IMG/VR virus record: IMGVR_UViG_3300010002_000004
Strand: one strand, 5' to 3'
DNA length: 64,000 bases
Source of the DNA: a virus
The notes beneath the pieces were generated by a model, which saw only the letters and a list, made by a program, of their open reading frames with translations, searched no databases and was not told where the DNA came from. Shown here one piece after another: positions 58,792 through 64,000 of the stretch. Position 1 is the stretch's first letter; every line of letters starts with the position of its first letter. The translations under genes were made by a program, and so were the position numbers.

Positions 58792-60054
58792 ATGACAACA
58801 GCACCGAAGAAGAGACCAGGCAGACCTGCGGGGACGACGAAGAAATCCCTTGCGGAAAAAGCCATACCGAAGACGAAAGCGAAAGCTCCTGCTAAGAAAA
58901 CTGCGGAGAAAAAAGTGACCCTATCTCCCGCACAGAAAGCACAGGAACAGGCACTCGCTAAGATTGTAAGCGAGATGGAGAAGAAGTATGGGGAGAACGT
59001 GTTGCGGAAAGCAAGTGACTTGACCGCTTCTTCCCTCAAGCGAGTTCCTACGGGGAACTTTACATTAGACGTCGCCCTGGGGGGAGGGTATCCGATTGGA
59101 CGATTCATCATGTTGTCCGGGGATTACTCGACCTCGAAGTCCACGTTAGGCTATCATGCTATTCGGGAATTTCAGAACACGGTTGACGAAAATACCGGAC
59201 TACCGATGGGGACGCTTCTTCTCCAAGGGGAGAATGGCAGTTTCACGGATGAGTACGGAAGACTGATAGGGATTGACACCAACGGATTAAAGATTAATGA
59301 GTCGGGTAGTATGGAGGAGTCGATGGAAATTGCTATCCGGATGATTCGAGCCGGATTAGTCCAATTAGTCGTGATTGACTCTATCGCTTCCCTCCAACCG
59401 ATGAAGGAGTACGACAAAGGCATGGAGGATTCGATGCAGATGGGGATTGCCCCGAAACTATGGGGAGAGTTCACCCGGAAGTTCCAAGCATCGAACAACT
59501 TGCTTAGTCGCCAAGGGAAAACACCGTGTACGATTCTCGCTATCAATCAGTTGCGCGAGAAGATTGGCGCTATGACTCGTGACCCTTCTTATGAGCCAGG
59601 AGGGAAAGCACTCGGATTCACGTCTTCCCTCACCATCCGACTCCGTAAAGGGGATTGGATTAAGGCAGGGACGGGGAAAGATGCGGACATCATCGGACAC
59701 GTTACGAAGTTCAAGATTAACAAGTCTAAGGTATCTCAACCGTTCCTCAACGGGGAATGGGATTTCTACACCGAGGACGGGGGAGCCGTCGGGAAAGGTC
59801 ACTTTGATAACTTCAAGTCCCTCATCTTAGAAGCTGTCACCTACGGAATCATCGAGAAAGGGGGAGCGTGGCTATCCTATGGGGACATCAAAGTACAGGG
59901 AGCCGCTAACCTCGTGGAAGAGCTACGGAACAATCCGGAAGTCTATGCGGAGATTGCCGAGCTTACGTTGAAAAAGGCACGGGAAACAAATGCTTCTGCG
60001 ATTGATGCGTTGATTGCGGAGCGGGAGAAGGAGATGTTAGCTGATGTCGGATAA
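58792..60054 (+). CDS. recA: RecA-like recombinase
   Basis: PTG...LD.ALGGGYP.GR, VVIDSIA, INQLREKIG, PGGKAL.F, K.GAW.SY. Confidence 0.93.
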   Translation: MTTAPKKRPGRPAGTTKKSLAEKAIPKTKAKAPAKKTAEKKVTLSPAQKAQEQALAKIVSEMEKKYGENVLRKASDLTASSLKRVPTGNFTLDVALGGGYPIGRFIMLSGDYSTSKSTLGYHAIREFQNTVDENTGLPMGTLLLQGENGSFTDEYGRLIGIDTNGLKINESGSMEESMEIAIRMIRAGLVQLVVIDSIASLQPMKEYDKGMEDSMQMGIAPKLWGEFTRKFQASNNLLSRQGKTPCTILAINQLREKIGAMTRDPSYEPGGKALGFTSSLTIRLRKGDWIKAGTGKDADIIGHVTKFKINKSKVSQPFLNGEWDFYTEDGGAVGKGHFDNFKSLILEAVTYGIIEKGGAWLSYGDIKVQGAANLVEELRNNPEVYAEIAELTLKKARETNASAIDALIAEREKEMLADVG

Positions 60055-60322
60055 GGGTCGAAGACAACGTACCCCTAAACCCCTAAAGAGACGTGGAGGA
60101 TTCAATGAGTTCTCCCGTGTCCTACGGGATGAGCCGTACAAGGCGAGAAGTGTCGCACGATGTGAGTCGTGCGTTTTCTTTTCAGACAAGAAGGAGTGCC
60201 AGAACAACAACGTGACCGAGTTCGACATCTACCGGGACGGGGACGTCGTCGTCTGTTCGTTCTGGAAAGGCGTTGAGTATGACAACGGAAGGAAAAAGAA
60301 GGAGGATGACTGGGGATGGTAA
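60044..60322 (+). CDS. small Cys-rich protein
   Basis: CESCVF...C...C.FW. Confidence 0.6.
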   Translation: MSDKGRRQRTPKPLKRRGGFNEFSRVLRDEPYKARSVARCESCVFFSDKKECQNNNVTEFDIYRDGDVVVCSFWKGVEYDNGRKKKEDDWGW

Positions 60323-60639
60323 TAGTTCGAAAGTTACTCGAAGGATTAGCAAATGGATTGAAGAGATTCGTGGACAACTTCTCACGGGGACTGGAGATAC
60401 TCGCCTGTAAGATGGGTAAGCACACCGTGGACACGTTCGGGGAGAACGTCGGGGATAATCGTTACTTCCCCATCATCACGATGCGATGCGAACATTGCGA
60501 TAAAATCGGATTTCATGCTCCGATGGTGAATGATGAGACGTGGATAAGAGGAGACATTGATTCCCTGCGGAAAGACTTCAAGGAATGTATCGACCCGGAC
60601 TGGATGGAGGGATACCGTTTTGCAAAAGAAAATCGTTAA
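60316..60639 (+). CDS. hypothetical protein
   Basis: RBS GGAGG; C..GKH...CEHC. Confidence 0.6.
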   Translation: MVIVRKLLEGLANGLKRFVDNFSRGLEILACKMGKHTVDTFGENVGDNRYFPIITMRCEHCDKIGFHAPMVNDETWIRGDIDSLRKDFKECIDPDWMEGYRFAKENR

Positions 60640-61213
60640 GCGGATTAAGCGGAAGAGTCAGAAGCAGGAGAGTAAAGTGGCGAGTGACATGGGAGGGAGA
60701 GTCCTTCCCGGGAGTGGAGCCATCGAGGGGATGAAAGGGGATGCCCGGACGTCTCACTTGACGGAAGGGACGTTCAACGATAGCGATTACCTAGTCGAGA
60801 ATAAGTTCACGGAGAGCGAAGGGTATGTTCTGAATAGGAAGACCTGGGAAAAGATTCAGAAGGAAGCCCTGCGGGACGGTATGCGTATCCCTATCATGCA
60901 GATAGACGTGGAACCGACACCCTACGAAAAGTTCTCGTTCGTCATCCAGGAGATTGACCCGGACTTCAATCATATTCCTTTAGGGATGTACACACAGGCG
61001 AAACGTTCGAAGCATATCACGAAGGAAATCATTCCTTCCCCGAACGAGCGGACGCTCATCCACTTTGGTGCGGATTGTGTCGTCGAGCTCGTCGATTATC
61101 AAGTGTTCCTGTCCATCAAGTTCCCCCGGGACGTAAGACCTGCACCCGACCCGGAACCTGTCCAGGAGAGACCAAAAACGGGGAAAGAACTTGCTCAAGA
61201 GATAGTCTGGTAA
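60557..61213 (+). CDS. PD-(D/E)XK Holliday-junction resolvase-like nuclease
   Basis: QE..VA...GG....GSGA....KGD...LVENK.T; likely start is TTG near 60619. Confidence 0.7.
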   Translation: MIPCGKTSRNVSTRTGWRDTVLQKKIVKRIKRKSQKQESKVASDMGGRVLPGSGAIEGMKGDARTSHLTEGTFNDSDYLVENKFTESEGYVLNRKTWEKIQKEALRDGMRIPIMQIDVEPTPYEKFSFVIQEIDPDFNHIPLGMYTQAKRSKHITKEIIPSPNERTLIHFGADCVVELVDYQVFLSIKFPRDVRPAPDPEPVQERPKTGKELAQEIVW

Positions 61214-61241
61214 TATTTTTGAAATTTTAGTAAGAAATAAG

Positions 61242-61270
61242 TTGTGTAACTGGGAAGAGGAAGCTATACT
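61242..61270 (+). promoter_or_regulatory. sigmaA-like promoter of the non-coding unit
   Basis: TTGTGT-N17-TATACT. Confidence 0.6.
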
Positions 61271-61276
61271 GATTAC

Positions 61277-62199
61277 AGGAAGACGGACACGCCGTTCCGG
61301 ATTCCCACACATAATCATTTTGGCTACCTTGATGTTAGAGTCAAACTTTTATAATACAAACAAAGAATGTTCTAACATAGCGTTACCCACATATCCGAAC
61401 CTAATTCTAGTTGGGGGAGGAAGTTACACCTTGACTACACGGCGATGCTTGCAACACACACCTTTCGTTTCTTTAGTCAGAACAATGCACTACTTAGAGG
61501 GAACTTGATTCCCTCACTCTCTTGCATACATAGTGTAAGTAGCACCTCCGAGCATATTCGGAAAGTCCGTGACAAATCACGGGGTATGCACCAAAATAAA
61601 ACGCTCTAATTGCAATAGTGTCCGTGTCCAGACTTGTAACCTGGATGTGCCAGGCATTTCTTATTTGACGGAGAAAATGCCTAAACTAAAATCCGGGAGT
61701 AGCCTCATCCCTGCTCCCGTTTTTAAACTGATTTATCTACCCGTGGGGACTTCGGTCAAAGTCCCGCCATTCATGCTAGAGCAGGAGACACCTTTCCTTG
61801 TAGTCATGTGCGAGGAGAGAGCGGGAGTTCGATTCTCCCAACTAGCCTATGAGACGACTGGGAAGAAGCAATCCAACAACACGACTACATAAGGACTGGT
61901 ACTAAACCAGAAACTTTCCAACATCTTTGTGATTGTTCTTCTTCTCACGACCTCATCATTCTGTCCCTCCCCGGGGACACCACCTAAAAGTGTTCACGGC
62001 TTTTTATTCCTTACCATCACACAGTTTCGACACCTCCTTTTGTGTAATTGATGGTAACGATTAGAGTGACGTGAGCACTTTGTTTATTGGACTTTACAGT
62101 CTGTTCGACAACACCTATAATGAGTGTACAGGGAAAGCCCAGAGTATGCTCATTAACATCGAGATATGATGGGACGACTCAACGGAGTCGTTCTTTTTT
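61277..62199 (+). ncRNA. putative large structured non-coding RNA (~920 nt)
   Basis: 1-kb gap without a credible CDS, bounded by promoter and terminator; many hairpins, long-range stems and a tRNA-like T-arm. Confidence 0.7.
62172..62199 (+). terminator. Rho-independent terminator
   Basis: GGACGACTC-AACG-GAGTCGTTC plus T6. Confidence 0.8.
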
Positions 62200-62227
62200 C
62201 TGTAATTGACAAGGAGGAGAATACATC

Positions 62228-63121
62228 GTGGCATTAAACGACCTAATGAACAACTTCAAGCGGGGACAGGATTCGTTGATTCGTACAATCGACACCCATC
62301 TAATGAAGTCCCAACTGGAGGACAACATCCGAGCAAACATCACAAACTCACCAAGCTCCTCACTAGGATGCGTCCGGAGGAATTTCTACCAACGCTCCGG
62401 AGAAGAGAAGGACAAGCACCAGGCACGGACGCAACGGATTTTCGACAACGGGGACGGAACCCACGACCGGATACAACGTTACCTCAAGGAGGACGGGATT
62501 CTAGTCATGGACGAGGTTCCACTTATCAACGACCCAATGGAAATCATGGGACATACCGACGGACTCCTTCAAGTGCGAGGGAAAATGAATCACATGCGGG
62601 TGTTGGAGATTAAGTCCATCAACTCACGGGGATTCAGTGGACTCAAGCAACCAAAGGATGACCACGTCGCTCAAGGTCACACCTACATGTATTGTCTGGA
62701 GGAAAGACGTCTTGAACTTCAACGGAAGCACCCGACCCCGGAACTCTTCTCAGCAAGTAAATTGGCGAGACGGAAATATTTCGAGCGGAAGTATGCTTTC
62801 ATCTTAGACCGTTACCCGGACAAGCCGGAGAAAGCGGAACGCAAGCACCAGGAGAAAGTGAAAGAGGCGCTACGAGCGGACACCTACCTCTACAACATCA
62901 CGCACCCGATTAATGAGGTCATCTTCTTGTATGAATGTAAGGACACGCAGGAGATGAAGGAATTTCTAGTGAAGCGGGATGACTCCCTTATGTCGGAGGT
63001 TTTATATAAATTCGAACTATCGAACCAAGCCTGGGAAGACCAGGTAATGCCCGAACGGGAATGTAAGACGAAAGCGGAAGGACGTTTCTGTCCTTACCTC
63101 GACATCTGCTTCCCCCGCTAA
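62228..63121 (+). CDS. Cas4-like / PD-(D/E)XK exonuclease
   Basis: SPSS..GC.R, G...H, GHTDG, LEIKS, Q...YM, C-terminal C......C.Y..C (Fe-S-type Cys arrangement). Confidence 0.8.
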   Translation: MALNDLMNNFKRGQDSLIRTIDTHLMKSQLEDNIRANITNSPSSSLGCVRRNFYQRSGEEKDKHQARTQRIFDNGDGTHDRIQRYLKEDGILVMDEVPLINDPMEIMGHTDGLLQVRGKMNHMRVLEIKSINSRGFSGLKQPKDDHVAQGHTYMYCLEERRLELQRKHPTPELFSASKLARRKYFERKYAFILDRYPDKPEKAERKHQEKVKEALRADTYLYNITHPINEVIFLYECKDTQEMKEFLVKRDDSLMSEVLYKFELSNQAWEDQVMPERECKTKAEGRFCPYLDICFPR

Positions 63122-63152
63122 ACCATCCTAAACACAGAAGGAGAAACCACTG

Positions 63153-63713
63153 ATGCCTACACCACGGAGAATGAAGCCGAAACGAGTCAACAAGGCTTCT
63201 ATTGCAGAAACTATCGAAGTAAAAGAATCGTTAATGGAGAGAATCGAGGGAGAACTTTCCGAGGATGGAATTGAATTGTTTAGTAACGACAACGTAGAGC
63301 CCGACTATCTACAACTCCCCGCAGACATCACGAGCGAGGATTCCCGGGAACTGGGACGGCATTTCAATGCGTTCACCCAACAGAAAATGTGGGCGAGAAC
63401 ATTAATCGGGAGAGTATCGAATGAGCTCCGGGAAAACGATATAGAAACCAAGCGCTTGCAGTACGAGATTTATGGTTCGCTCCCATCCAAAATGTCCATC
63501 AAAGAGAAGGACGTTCACGTCCGGGATGATGACAGAGCGAGGGAGACGATGAAGCGGCACGACGTATTAGTCGAGAAGCATCTCGTATTGTCTAACTATA
63601 TCGCTAGTATCGAGGATGCCATTTTCAACCTCTCACGGGAAATTACTCGACGAGGGAATGACTTCAACGAAAGCAAACGTGAGGGGAATATAGACAATAG
63701 ACGGAGAGTGTAA
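63153..63713 (+). CDS. hypothetical helical protein (possible recombination mediator)
   Basis: RBS AAGGAG; coiled coil; context. Confidence 0.6.
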   Translation: MPTPRRMKPKRVNKASIAETIEVKESLMERIEGELSEDGIELFSNDNVEPDYLQLPADITSEDSRELGRHFNAFTQQKMWARTLIGRVSNELRENDIETKRLQYEIYGSLPSKMSIKEKDVHVRDDDRARETMKRHDVLVEKHLVLSNYIASIEDAIFNLSREITRRGNDFNESKREGNIDNRRRV

Positions 63714-63715
63714 TC

Positions 63716-64000
63716 ATGGCGAAAGAATCCACCAAGCAAGCCATCATCCGGTTGACGAAAGAACTTAAACAGCTTGACCTAAAATCCCCCGAACATAAGT
63801 TAGTCAAGGAACAGCTTGCCGAGAAGCAGGAGCTCCTCAAGACGAACCAGAAGCGGGGACGGAAGAGCCGGAACAAGGGAGCGACGTATGAGCGCAAAGT
63901 GGCGGGTATATTCAAGAAAGAGTTTGACTTGAGCCTTTCCCGCACCCCGCAGTCCGGGGGATTCCAAAAAGGGAAGAACACGCACTCCGATTTCAAGGGA
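63716..64000 (+). CDS. Holliday junction resolvase-like protein (partial, runs off the window)
   Basis: SRNKGATYERKVA...RTPQSGG motif. Confidence 0.7.
   Translation, partial: MAKESTKQAIIRLTKELKQLDLKSPEHKLVKEQLAEKQELLKTNQKRGRKSRNKGATYERKVAGIFKKEFDLSLSRTPQSGGFQKGKNTHSDFKG

Noticed and set aside
61775..61846. Canonical tRNA or tmRNA
   Set aside because: Only the T-arm is canonical; there is no proper D-arm, 7-bp acceptor stem or CCA, and no tag ORF was recognised.
61242..61892. ORFs 61242-61508 and 61569-61892
   Set aside because: No RBS, atypical composition, and the first overlaps the promoter; structured RNA explains the region better.
61213..62228. CRISPR or guide-RNA array next to the Cas4-like gene
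   Set aside because: No regularly spaced direct repeats were found, and solo Cas4-like nucleases are common in phage recombination modules.

Overview
The window is part of a large, apparently lytic myovirus (contractile-tailed phage) of a Bacillota-type host, judged from strong AGGAGG Shine-Dalgarno sites, sigmaA-like promoters and an Amidase_3 endolysin. Every credible gene is on the + strand. Gene order: early/accessory genes with thymidine kinase and ThyX (1-14.4 kb); terminase, portal, scaffold and major capsid protein (14.4-21 kb); neck, sheath, two tube proteins, chaperone, tape measure, baseplate, a free-standing HNH gene and a 1914-aa fibre (21-45 kb); lysis cassette (45-47 kb); replication/recombination module with SF2 helicase, DnaC-like loader, DnaB, primase, SSB, HU, PolA, RecA, resolvases and a Cas4-like nuclease (47-64 kb). 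No integrase, CRISPR array or canonical tRNA was seen. Five observations stand out. (1) A ~920-nt non-coding unit bounded by a promoter and a terminator (61277-62199) is heavily base-paired, with pseudoknots, a tRNA-like subdomain, seven CACCT motifs and a loop-displayed anti-Shine-Dalgarno. (2) An SLFMTA[HY][AG] leader motif is shared by the scaffold, capsid and tail tube proteins. (3) The same GGGGGAG-TAA putative -1 frameshift site occurs in the tail chaperone and in an unrelated acidic/histone-like gene. (4) Two proteins flanking the terminase share a Zn-finger leader and a DDDF tail. (5) The left end carries a tandem paralog family. All product calls come from motif recognition by eye; no database search was run.
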